Source of the DNA: Alphaproteobacteria bacterium
GTDB lineage: Bacteria > Pseudomonadota > Alphaproteobacteria > MPNO01
Assembly: GCA_965248835.1 (NCBI GenBank)
Contig: CBDFLJ010000002.1
Location: 1,664,001-1,728,000, forward strand
Length of the DNA stretch: 64,000 nucleotides
Direction of reading: 5' to 3'
In this document: positions 9,563-18,318 of the stretch, piece after piece
Position numbering within the stretch: position 1 is the first letter of the stretch
Layout: every line of letters starts with the position of its first letter
Made by a program: the position numbers and the translations under genes
The notes under the pieces: generated by a model
What the model saw: only the letters and a program-made list of their open reading frames with translations
Databases searched by the model: none
What the model was told of the DNA's origin: nothing

Positions 9563-10860
9563 GAGCCTGCCCAGGCCGAGCCGGCGCGGCGGGTGGACTC
9601 GACCGCGCGCCACGCCTCTTCCCAGGTCCGGCGCGGCGCCACCGTGTCGACCGCAAGCGGCATCTCGCCCGGTGTGCCGTTGGCCGCCTTGGGTGCCGGA
9701 TCGCCCCGGCCGACGGCCTCGATCGCGCGCAGCAGGAACCGTCGGTAGGTGGCGATCGCGATATCGGAAACACCGAGGTTCTCGCTCGACCGGTCGTGAA
9801 TTTCCCCTTGGGACTCGACGGCCCATTGGTCGTGGACGTTGATATCCGCTCCCATGCCGGTAAAGGTCCGCCGCGCCTGCTCGTCCGGGTCGAAGCCGTA
9901 GTCGGTGGTCTTGTTGATCCTGGGCTTGTAGTCGGGCAGCGAATAGAGCTTGAGCCTTTGCGCGCGCATCTCGTCCTTGTCGAGCGGCGCCGCGTAGCTG
10001 GTGAACATCGCATACCACCAGCAATGGGTGTCATCGATCGGCACGTGCCACTGGCTGATGATCATGTCGTTGCCGAGCGGGATAACGATCGCGTTGGGAA
10101 ACAGCAGGTTGGTGACCCGGACGTGACGCGTCGCCTCGTCGAGGTCGCGCAACGCCAGCAGCCGCATCCCGTAGCCGGTATCCTCGAGCTTGATCTCCGG
10201 TACGGGGAACTCGCGCATGATCCAGGTCAGTGGGACATCGGCGCCGTCGACCAGGTCGCGGAACTGCAGGCCGTAGCCCTCGTCGGGGTCTTCGTCACCG
10301 AAGAACCGGTGCAGGTAGGAGCCATGCACCGGATCGATCCCGACCTCCAGCGCCTGCAGCCAGTTGCACTCGAGGAAGCCCTTGAAGGCGAAGCTATAGG
10401 GTTCCGGGGCCGCAAAGCAGTCCGCATCGGGCAGCGGCGGCGGCGCGCCAGGGCCGAGATAGGCGAACACCACGCCGTTCTTCTCGCGGCACGGATAGCC
10501 CGGCATGCGGATCCTGGTGTGGAAGTCGCTGCCCGCCGGCTCGGCCGGCTGTTCCAGGCAATTGCCCTTGCCGTCGAACAGCCAGCCGTGGAAGGCGCAT
10601 CTGATGCCGCCGTCCTCCAGCCGGCCAAAGCGCAAATCGGCGCCGCGATGGGGACAGCGCGCGCCGGTCAGCCGGTACTCGCCGTCTTCGGCGCGGAAGG
10701 CGACCAGGCCCTCGCCCATCAGCCGGACCGGGACCAACGGGCGGTCGGCCGAAAACTCCTCGACCAGCGCCGCGGGCTGCCAGTAGCGGCGCATCAGCGC
10801 GCCGGCCGGCGCGCCGGCGCCGGTCAGGGTGACGAGCCTGTTCTGTTCGGCACTCAGCAT
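9559..10860 (-). CDS. Rieske non-heme iron oxygenase, phthalate 4,5-dioxygenase/LigX-like alpha subunit
   Basis: MRRYWQP, CPHRG..CAFHGW Rieske ligands, NWLQALEVGIDPVHGSYLH, HDQWAVESQG. Confidence 0.9.
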   Translation of the reverse strand: MLSAEQNRLVTLTGAGAPAGALMRRYWQPAALVEEFSADRPLVPVRLMGEGLVAFRAEDGEYRLTGARCPHRGADLRFGRLEDGGIRCAFHGWLFDGKGNCLEQPAEPAGSDFHTRIRMPGYPCREKNGVVFAYLGPGAPPPLPDADCFAAPEPYSFAFKGFLECNWLQALEVGIDPVHGSYLHRFFGDEDPDEGYGLQFRDLVDGADVPLTWIMREFPVPEIKLEDTGYGMRLLALRDLDEATRHVRVTNLLFPNAIVIPLGNDMIISQWHVPIDDTHCWWYAMFTSYAAPLDKDEMRAQRLKLYSLPDYKPRINKTTDYGFDPDEQARRTFTGMGADINVHDQWAVESQGEIHDRSSENLGVSDIAIATYRRFLLRAIEAVGRGDPAPKAANGTPGEMPLAVDTVAPRRTWEEAWRAVESTRRAGSAWAGS

Positions 10861-10973
10861 CGCGCATTCTTAGCACGTCACGCCGCCGCGGTCAGGATCA
10901 AGCACGTCTTCTCTCGCCCGGCCTGCCGCGCTATACCCGGCGCAACGAGCACCGAACACAAGGAGCAGGCCGC

Positions 10974-11972
10974 ATGCGCGCCGTCGTCATCAACGAGATC
11001 GGGAACCGGGAAAGCGTCCGCATCCAGGACGTCGCCGACCCGGCGCCGGGCGCCGGGGAAGTCGTGGTCGATGCCAAGGCGTGCGGCATCAACTTCACCG
11101 ATCTGCTCTCGCTCGACGGCAAGTACCAGAACAACCCGCCGCCGCCGTTCACCCCGGGCAAGGACGTTGCCGGCGTGGTCTCGGCGCTCGGCGCGGACGT
11201 GAAAGGCCTCGCGGTGGGCGACCGCGTGATCGCCCATGTCATCCACGGCGGCCTCGCCGAGAAGGTCGGCTGCCCGGAGGCGCTGTGCTTCCCGCTGCCC
11301 GACGGTGTCGCGTTCGACGCGGCGGCCGCGATGGGGCTCGCCTACCAGACCGCCTATTTCGCGCTCACCGTCCGCGGCGCCCTGCAGCCGGGCGAGATCG
11401 TGCTGGTCAACGGCGCCTCGGGCGGGGTCGGGCTCGCGGCGATCAACCTGGCCAAGCCGCTCGGCGCCGGCATGGTGCTGGCGGGGCTGACGACGCCGTC
11501 GAAGGCCGGTGCCGTGCTTGCCGCCGGCGCCGATGCGGTGATCGACCTGACCAGGGACGACCTCAAGGAGTCGCTCCGCGCCCAGGTCATGGAGGCGACC
11601 GGCAAGCGCGGGGTCGACCTGGCGTTCGATCTCGTCGGCGGAGAGGTTTTCGATGCCGCGCTCAGGGCGATCGCCGATCAGGGCCGCGCCGTGGTCTCGG
11701 GCTTCACCTCGGGGACCATCCCCTCGGTCAGGACCAACTACTTGCTGCTCAAGAACATCGGCGTCCTCGGGATGACCATCAACAGCTACATCAAGCAACG
11801 TTCGCCGAAGCTGCGCGAGGCGCAGGCCGCGCTGTTCGACCTGCTGGCCGCCGGCAAGATCGACCCCAACATCATGAACCGGTACCCCTTCGAGCGGTTC
11901 ATGGACGCGATCATGATGATCGAGGACCGCAAGATCGTCGGCAAATCCGTCCTCCTCCTGGATGCAGGCTAG
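10974..11972 (+). CDS. NADPH:quinone oxidoreductase (MDR family)
   Basis: GINFTD, GASGGVGLAA nucleotide-binding motif, GKSVL. Confidence 0.88.
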   Translation: MRAVVINEIGNRESVRIQDVADPAPGAGEVVVDAKACGINFTDLLSLDGKYQNNPPPPFTPGKDVAGVVSALGADVKGLAVGDRVIAHVIHGGLAEKVGCPEALCFPLPDGVAFDAAAAMGLAYQTAYFALTVRGALQPGEIVLVNGASGGVGLAAINLAKPLGAGMVLAGLTTPSKAGAVLAAGADAVIDLTRDDLKESLRAQVMEATGKRGVDLAFDLVGGEVFDAALRAIADQGRAVVSGFTSGTIPSVRTNYLLLKNIGVLGMTINSYIKQRSPKLREAQAALFDLLAAGKIDPNIMNRYPFERFMDAIMMIEDRKIVGKSVLLLDAG

Positions 11973-11982
11973 GGAGAGCATA

Positions 11983-12528
11983 ATGACCCGGATCACCATC
12001 CTCGAGCGCGAGGACATGAGCGCCGAGCAGGGCAAGGTCTTCGACGACATCAAGGAGTCGGGCAACCCGACGGGCGGGCCGTTCTGGGCCTATATCCGCC
12101 ATCCCGCGTTGATGCGGCTGGCCTCGGACCTGGGCGGGTACTTACGGGATTCCGAACTCAGCGCGCGGGAGCGCCAGATCGCGGTGCTCACGGTCGTTCG
12201 CTTCTGGGACGCCAACTATCCCTGGGCCGTCCAGGTGAGAAATTCTCTGGCCGCGGGCCTCGACCAGGAAATCGTCGATGCGATCAACGCACGAAAGGAC
12301 CCGCCGATCACCGATCCGCGCGAACGGTCGGCCTGGCAGGTGGCGACCGAACTGGTCTCGACCCACCGGCTGAGCGATCAGACATACGCCGCGGCCGAAG
12401 CTGCCTTGGGCGTCGACCAGCTCGTCAACCTAGTCGCCGCAGTCGGCCACTTCTCGATGGTTTGCTGCACCGCCAACGCCTTCGACATCACCCCGCCCGA
12501 CAGCGCGCCCGCGCGGCTGGCGGAGTAG
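11983..12528 (+). CDS. Carboxymuconolactone decarboxylase/AhpD-fold protein
   Basis: GGPF, LSARERQIAVL, YPWAVQ, LSDQTYAAA; RBS GGGAGAG. Confidence 0.75.
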   Translation: MTRITILEREDMSAEQGKVFDDIKESGNPTGGPFWAYIRHPALMRLASDLGGYLRDSELSARERQIAVLTVVRFWDANYPWAVQVRNSLAAGLDQEIVDAINARKDPPITDPRERSAWQVATELVSTHRLSDQTYAAAEAALGVDQLVNLVAAVGHFSMVCCTANAFDITPPDSAPARLAE

Positions 12529-12612
12529 GCCGGGAGACCCTTCAGCCGTTCCGGTCGGACGTCACGCAATGCGCCTCGGCGAAGTCTCCGGACCGGTCGC
12601 GGTAACGAACCG

Positions 12613-12630
12613 TTGCCTTCCGGAGGGCAA
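12613..12630 (-). terminator. Hairpin directly 3' of tRNA-Thr
   Basis: TTGCCTTC-CG-GAGGGCAA inverted repeat 2 nt past the CCA; no U-tract. Confidence 0.45.
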
Positions 12631-12632
12631 AG

Positions 12633-12707
12633 TGGTGCCGCAGGAGTGGATTGAACACTCGACCTCGCCCTTACCAAGGGCGCGCTCTACCACTGAGCTA
12701 CTGCGGC
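12633..12707 (-). tRNA. tRNA-Thr(GGT)
   Basis: Reverse complement GCCGCAG-TAGCTCAGTGGTAGAGC-GCGCCC TTGGTAA GGGCG-AGGTC-GAGTGTTCAATCCACTC-CTGCGGC-ACCA folds as a cloverleaf with encoded CCA. Confidence 0.97.
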
Positions 12708-12810
12708 ACGGAGTGGCGCTGAGCGGCGCGGAGAGTGCCACACGTGCGGTGTGCGGTGCAACGGTTCCGCCTTGCGCGCTTTGGCAGGCGCCGATGCGGG
12801 CGCCGGTGGT

Positions 12811-13512
12811 TCAGAACGCGCCGTAAACCGGGACGACAGCGCCGCGGGTGACCTGGTTGTCCGGCGAGGCGAGAAAAACGATGGTGCCCGCAACCGCCGC
12901 GGTCGCGGGCCAGGTCTGGTGCGCGGCATCGGGCATGGCGGCGCGGTTCGCCGGGGTATTCAGGATGGACGGTGCGACGGCGTTGACCCAGATCGCCTCG
13001 CCCGCGACCTCCTCGGCCAACGCCTGGGTGATCGCTGCGACCGCGGCCTTGGCCGCGGTATAAGCGATCATGCCCGCACCCTGGCGCGGCTCGATCCCGG
13101 GCCGGGCCGCGACGTTGACGATGCGCCCGCCCGCCCCGGTCCGGCGGATCGCACCGACCGCCGCCCGGCAGCAGAGGTAGCAGGTCCTGGCGTTCATCGC
13201 GATCTGGTCGTCGAACAGCGCGGCCGGGCTCTCCTCGATCGCGCCCATCGCGAACCCGCCGGCGAGGTGGATCGAGGCCCAGAGCGGACCGATCCCATCG
13301 AAATAGCCCGCCACCGCATCGGCGTCGGCCAGATCGATGCCGCGCGCCAGACGGACATCAGCGTGGCCGGCATGGGCGAAGGTCTCGAGCTCGGCCGCGA
13401 TCAGGTTGGGGATGTGGCAGACCGCACCGGCGCCGAGCAGCAGCCCGGTGACCGCCTCGCCCAGCGCCCCGGTTCCCCCGGTGACGACCACGTTGCGCCC
13501 GGCAAGATCCAT
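12811..13512 (-). CDS. Short-chain dehydrogenase/reductase
   Basis: TGGTGALG, YTAAK (YxxxK), VNAVAP; RBS GGAGG. Confidence 0.92.
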   Translation of the reverse strand: MDLAGRNVVVTGGTGALGEAVTGLLLGAGAVCHIPNLIAAELETFAHAGHADVRLARGIDLADADAVAGYFDGIGPLWASIHLAGGFAMGAIEESPAALFDDQIAMNARTCYLCCRAAVGAIRRTGAGGRIVNVAARPGIEPRQGAGMIAYTAAKAAVAAITQALAEEVAGEAIWVNAVAPSILNTPANRAAMPDAAHQTWPATAAVAGTIVFLASPDNQVTRGAVVPVYGAF

Positions 13513-13535
13513 GACGTCCTCCACGACCCCGGCAA

Positions 13536-15035
13536 TCAGTCCGACAGAATCGGGCGAGCCGCCGCGCGTTGGGCGAACGGCTCTTCCTCGCGCAGGCTCA
13601 GCGCGCGCTCGACGAGGCGGTCGCAGGCGGTGCGGTCGTAACCCAGGTAGTTGGCCGCCATGTTGCGCACCGGATCGCCGGCGTAATAACGCTCGTATTG
13701 AAGCTGGCGCGCACCGAAGGCCTCGCCGCAGAGATCCCAGGCGAGCTTGGTCAGGCCGACGCGCCGGTCGGCCGAGAGGCCTTCGGCGCCCTCGTAGTAG
13801 CGCTCGATCTGTCCGCCGATCTCGGCTTCGAAGTCGGCCGTGGCGGGCATCATCAGCAGCCCGCCGGCACCGATCGTCTGGAGGATCTCGATCACCCGCG
13901 GGTAGGCGCGGGCCAGGTAGGTCCGCGCCGACAGCAGCGGCGCCAGCATCGGCCGCACGGAGCCGGCGAGCGTCGGCTCGTGGTGGATTTCGGCCCGGGT
14001 GATGCAGGCCTTGATCAGCTCCACCGCCTCGACGCATTCGCCGAGCATCTGCTGGACGTGGAGGAACCGATCGGTCTTGACCGCGCGGGCGAGCGCCATG
14101 GTCACGCCGACTGCGAGCTCGAGCTTGACCAGACCGCGGACCGAGGTCTGGTGGGCGGTGTAGGAGCGCAGGCTGGTGTCGGGAAAGATCGCATTGGCCG
14201 TCGCGACGTCGTTGCACACGAACACCCGGTCCCAGGGAACGCGGACGTGCTCGAAAATCAGCAGTGAATCGCATTCCTCGAAGTTCGCCGCCAGCGGGTG
14301 GTCGGCCGGCCGCGCCGCGCCCGTGTCGTAGGGCTCGCGGCAGACCTGGCGCAGGCCCGGCGCATCGATCGGCAGCGCGAAGATCAGCGCATGGCGCGCA
14401 TCCTCGGCCGGGATGTTGGGCAGGTTGTAGATCAGCACCTCGTCGGCCAGCGGGCCGAATGTGGCGAGCATCCGGGCGCCGTGGACGACGATCCCCTCTT
14501 CGTCCTGATCGATCAGGCCGAGATGGAGGTCCTGGCCGGCCTGGGCGGATGACGACCGCGAGCGGTCGTTCTGGGGCGAGATCAGCGCATGGGTCAGGAA
14601 CAGGTCGTCCTCACGCACCCGTTCGTAGTACCTGGCGATATTCTCGCCGAACCGTTCGCCGCCGCGCTCGAACACCGCGCGCCCCTCGGCGAAGGCGAGC
14701 AGGGTGCAGTTCATGAAATCCGGCGACCGGCCCATCATGCCGAACGTCGCTTCGGCGGCCAGGCGGTAGGCGGCATGCTTTCGTTGGAGGTCCGCGGTGT
14801 CCGCGGCCGGCATGAAGGCGGTGGCCACCGGCTCCCCGGTCGCGGGAGACCGGTAGGTCATCACATCGCGGTGCTCGGCTTGGTGCTGAAGATCGAACAG
14901 ACCGGCGAGCCGGGCCAACGGGCGTCGAAAGGCCGGATGGCCGGTAACCTCGGCGAGCCTGCGGCCGCCCGTCCAGACCTCGCGCGGGCGCGCGCTGAGC
15001 CCATCGATGAAAGCCTGACCGTCGCGGACCGCCAC
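13536..15035 (-). CDS. 4-hydroxyphenylacetate 3-monooxygenase-family oxygenase component (HpaB/PvcC-like)
   Basis: GRSPDF, HALISPQNDRS, GARMLAT, VRVPWDRVF, RQLQYERYYAGDP. Confidence 0.88.
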   Translation of the reverse strand: MAVRDGQAFIDGLSARPREVWTGGRRLAEVTGHPAFRRPLARLAGLFDLQHQAEHRDVMTYRSPATGEPVATAFMPAADTADLQRKHAAYRLAAEATFGMMGRSPDFMNCTLLAFAEGRAVFERGGERFGENIARYYERVREDDLFLTHALISPQNDRSRSSSAQAGQDLHLGLIDQDEEGIVVHGARMLATFGPLADEVLIYNLPNIPAEDARHALIFALPIDAPGLRQVCREPYDTGAARPADHPLAANFEECDSLLIFEHVRVPWDRVFVCNDVATANAIFPDTSLRSYTAHQTSVRGLVKLELAVGVTMALARAVKTDRFLHVQQMLGECVEAVELIKACITRAEIHHEPTLAGSVRPMLAPLLSARTYLARAYPRVIEILQTIGAGGLLMMPATADFEAEIGGQIERYYEGAEGLSADRRVGLTKLAWDLCGEAFGARQLQYERYYAGDPVRNMAANYLGYDRTACDRLVERALSLREEEPFAQRAAARPILSD

Positions 15036-15189
15036 GCACCGTTCTCCCGAGATCGGGCAGCCATTCAAACAGGCGGCGGGGGCAAAGTTCAACCGCGCCG
15101 CGCTGCGGCCCGATGGGTCTGGCTACAGCCGCTTGGAATCGGAAAGGGGCCGGAGGATCCGGCCCCTTTCCCGGCGATACGAGCGCGGC

Positions 15190-16242
15190 TTACGACTTCG
15201 GGCGGTGCCTCTCGGACACCTTCTTGAAGAGCGCATAGATCTCTCGCACCTGCGGGTTCTTGTGCTTGGCCAGGAACCTGTCGCCGAGCGGGCGCAGCTT
15301 GTCGAGATAGCGCTTTTGGTCGGAGGGCGAGAACGTGATGATCTCGACCCCGGCATCGCGCCACGCCTGCTTGGTCGACTCGACCAGGCTGGCCGCCTCG
15401 GCTGATGCCGAGTTCTCGAGCTCGCGCGGCACCGACATGACCATTTTGCGCAAATCGGCCGGAAGCTTGTTCGCCCAGGCCTTGCTTATCCAGGTCGCGG
15501 TCGGGATATAGCCGCCGCCCAGCACGGTCGCGAACTTGGTGACCGTCTGGAACTTCAGGCCGTTCATCGCCACGATGCTGGACCGGCAGGCATCGACCAC
15601 GCCGCGCTGCAGCGCGGGCACCACCTCGGTGAACGGGATCGGCACGCCGGTGCCACCGAACGCCGCCGGTACGGCGCGCTCCATCGGGGTCGCGAGCACA
15701 CGGATTTTCATGCCCGAGATGTCCTCGGGCTTGCGGATCGGCTTGACGCTCGCGATCGAGGTGCCCTCGTAGATGATCAGCCCGGCGCCGAGCACGCCTT
15801 TGTGCTCCGCCAAGCCGAGGAACTTGTCGTGAAACTCCGGATCGGTCAGCGTCTTGTGGCCGTGCTCGTGGCTGAGGATAGCGCCCGGCGCGTCGGGGAC
15901 CATGAAGGCCTGGTTGACGCCGACGAAAAAGCCGGGTGGGGTCAGGAACATTTCCTGCGTGCCGAGCTGGATGCCCTCGACCTGGCGCGGGATCTTACCG
16001 AGCTGGCTCGCCGGGAAAACCATATAGGTCAGCCGGCCGCCGCTGCGCTTTTCGAGCTCCTTGCCGATGTTTTCGCCCCACCTCTGCTGCGGGTCGTTGA
16101 GCGTCGCCATGCCGATCTTGATGTGCCACTTCTTCTGGGCATGCGCAGTTCCGGTCTGCAACGCGAGCGCCGCAACCGCGCCTCCGGCGAGCAAGGCAAC
16201 CGCCAAGGCGCCCTTGCCGGCGAACTTTCTGCGGATAGACAT
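15190..16242 (-). CDS. TRAP transporter substrate-binding protein (DctP family), no adjacent permease on its strand
   Basis: Signal peptide; FPASQLG, GMKIRVL, EVVPALQRGVVD. Confidence 0.9.
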   Translation of the reverse strand: MSIRRKFAGKGALAVALLAGGAVAALALQTGTAHAQKKWHIKIGMATLNDPQQRWGENIGKELEKRSGGRLTYMVFPASQLGKIPRQVEGIQLGTQEMFLTPPGFFVGVNQAFMVPDAPGAILSHEHGHKTLTDPEFHDKFLGLAEHKGVLGAGLIIYEGTSIASVKPIRKPEDISGMKIRVLATPMERAVPAAFGGTGVPIPFTEVVPALQRGVVDACRSSIVAMNGLKFQTVTKFATVLGGGYIPTATWISKAWANKLPADLRKMVMSVPRELENSASAEAASLVESTKQAWRDAGVEIITFSPSDQKRYLDKLRPLGDRFLAKHKNPQVREIYALFKKVSERHRPKS

Positions 16243-16505
16243 CCAATCGTCTCCCATTCGTTAGTACCACGTTGTCTGGCGCATCAATCGCGCCACCCGG
16301 ATTGCTTCTGTTGGTGGCGATCATCATGGCGGCGAGGACCGGCCATGACATCACCCTAATGAGCAGGTTCGTCCAGTGGCGTCATTGTGACGACTATTTC
16401 CATCATCGGCTAGCGCAAATCGAACGGCTGGAAAACGAAAAGCGAAGCGGCCGGAGCGATCCGGCCGCATTTTTGCGCCCCGGTCGGCGCGCGACATTCA
16501 CTTGC

Positions 16506-16536
16506 TTGACCCTCCTGTGGTGCACCGTGTTAACGT
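16506..16536 (+). promoter_or_regulatory. Possible sigma70 promoter of the TRAP operon
   Basis: TTGACC at 16506 and TGtTAACGT at 16528-16536; spacing is long (19 nt). Confidence 0.3.
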
Positions 16537-16590
16537 GAGCGTGAACGCTGGCGGCGTTGCGACGAAATCAAAGGGAAATGGGAGGATTTG

Positions 16591-17697
16591 ATGAAACAGG
16601 GCAGGCAAAAATCAACGCGCATGCGCATGACGATGGGCGCCATCGTCGCGGCTGTGCCGGCGATCGCTCTCGCGGCGGCACCTGCCGGCGCGGCCGAAAA
16701 AGTCCGCCTGACGATCATTTCGGGGAACACCCACCACTACGCGCCGGTCGGCGCGGCGATCAAGGCGTTCATCCCCAAGGTCGACGAGATCCTCGCGCGC
16801 ACCGGCAAGTACAAGGTGTCGTGGATCCAGGGCTTCGGCGGCCAGATCGTCAAAGTGCGCGGCGAGCTGGACGGCGTTCAGGCCGGTCTCGGCGACCTCG
16901 GCGTCGTGCCCGGACCCTTCCATCCCTCGAAAATGTCGCTCTACCAGGTCGGCTACGTCACCCCGTTCACCTCGCTCGATGTGCAGACGACCACCGACGG
17001 CATGCACCATCTGTTCGAGACGTTTCCCGAGATGGGCAAGCAGATGCATCGGTTCAACCAGACCGTCATCTCGATTACCGGGACGGCGGAAAACTACGCG
17101 CTCTGGACCAAGAAGCAGGTCACGAAATTCGACGATCTCAAGGGTATGAAGGTCGGCGCGGTCGGCTCCAACTTCCCCTGGGTGAGTGCCGCGGGCGCGA
17201 CCCCGGTCACCATCAAGGGTCTGTCGACGATGTACAACTCGCTGAAGGCGGGCGTGTATGAGGGCGCCGCGCTGTGGCAGCAGGCCATGGCGGCATTCAA
17301 GTTCTGCGAGCTCACGCCCTATCATCTCGACACGAGCTTCGGTGCGATCGCCAACGCCGTGCTGACCTACAACCATGATTCCTGGGCCAAGATGCCGCGT
17401 GAGGTCCAAGGCGCGATCATGGAAGCGGCCAAGACATGGACCGATGGCGCGAACAAGGCGATCCTCGGCGGCGCGAAATGGGGCCTCGGCGTTTGCGAGA
17501 AGAAATACCGCCAGCAGACTCATGTGCTGACCGGAGAAGAAAAAAAGAGATGGGCGTTCGCACTGCCCAACATCGCGCAGCAATGGGCCAAGAGGCAAGA
17601 CAAGGCAAGCCTGCCGGGCACCAAGATGCTGGCGGCCTGGATGGACTACATGCGCGACAAGAACCAGCTCGTGCTGCGTAACTGGGACCGCGAGTAA
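16591..17697 (+). CDS. TRAP transporter substrate-binding protein (DctP family)
   Basis: Signal peptide; GELDGVQAGLGDLG, YNSLKAGVYEG; RBS GGAGG; followed by dctQ and dctM. Confidence 0.88.
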   Translation: MKQGRQKSTRMRMTMGAIVAAVPAIALAAAPAGAAEKVRLTIISGNTHHYAPVGAAIKAFIPKVDEILARTGKYKVSWIQGFGGQIVKVRGELDGVQAGLGDLGVVPGPFHPSKMSLYQVGYVTPFTSLDVQTTTDGMHHLFETFPEMGKQMHRFNQTVISITGTAENYALWTKKQVTKFDDLKGMKVGAVGSNFPWVSAAGATPVTIKGLSTMYNSLKAGVYEGAALWQQAMAAFKFCELTPYHLDTSFGAIANAVLTYNHDSWAKMPREVQGAIMEAAKTWTDGANKAILGGAKWGLGVCEKKYRQQTHVLTGEEKKRWAFALPNIAQQWAKRQDKASLPGTKMLAAWMDYMRDKNQLVLRNWDRE

Positions 17698-17716
17698 CCG
17701 CGGCAAAAGGCTGGGC

Positions 17717-17742
17717 ACGGGGCCACGGATCCGTGGCCCCGT
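17717..17742. repeat. Perfect 26-bp palindrome between dctP and dctQ (mRNA hairpin)
   Basis: ACGGGGCCACGGATCCGTGGCCCCGT is its own reverse complement. Confidence 0.85.
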
Positions 17743-17765
17743 TTCGCGGCGGAGACGGGAAGCGC

Positions 17766-18293
17766 ATGCCCACCATGAGTTCGCTGGACCGGCTGCTCAG
17801 CGCGGTCATCTTTGCCAGCAACTGTCTCGCATCGGTTTGGATCTTCATAATCACGCTGGCCATCGTCGCCGACGTGACGTTGCGCTTTGCGTTCAACGCG
17901 CCGATAAACGGCATCACCGAACTGGTGACCATGTCGGTGGTCGCCGTCCTCTACATGCAGCTCGCCTACACGCTGCGCTCGGGCTACATGACACGCTCGG
18001 ACGCCGTCATCAAGCGCTTGATCGCCGGCCGGCCGCGGGTCGGTCATGCGCTCAATGGCCTGTTCTTCTCGGCCGGCGCCGCGCTTATGGCCGCGATCAT
18101 GCTTCGTGCCTGGCCCAAATGGGTCACCGCCTATGACGCCGATTTCTACGTCGGCGTGGTCGGGGTGTTCACGTTCCCGGAATGGCCTCGGCTGCTGATC
18201 GTCTTCATCGGCTGCGGCCTGACGGGGCTGCAGTTTCTGCTGCTCGCCGCGACGTCGGCGGTTTCGATTCGGCGGCCGAGGGTATCGCAATGA
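17766..18293 (+). CDS. TRAP small permease (DctQ)
   Basis: Four TM segments; ADVTLRFAFNAPINGITE. Confidence 0.88.
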   Translation: MPTMSSLDRLLSAVIFASNCLASVWIFIITLAIVADVTLRFAFNAPINGITELVTMSVVAVLYMQLAYTLRSGYMTRSDAVIKRLIAGRPRVGHALNGLFFSAGAALMAAIMLRAWPKWVTAYDADFYVGVVGVFTFPEWPRLLIVFIGCGLTGLQFLLLAATSAVSIRRPRVSQ

Positions 18294-18318
18294 CCGCTTC
18301 TGAGGTGGATCGGGCCTG

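Noticed and set aside
12529-12707. tRNA-Thr (and tRNA-His) as island integration sites
   Set aside because: No adjacent integrase, and I saw no duplicated tRNA 3' end or compositional shift
12569-12826. 85-aa ORF containing VVPQEWIEHSTSPLP
   Set aside because: Antisense translation of tRNA-Thr
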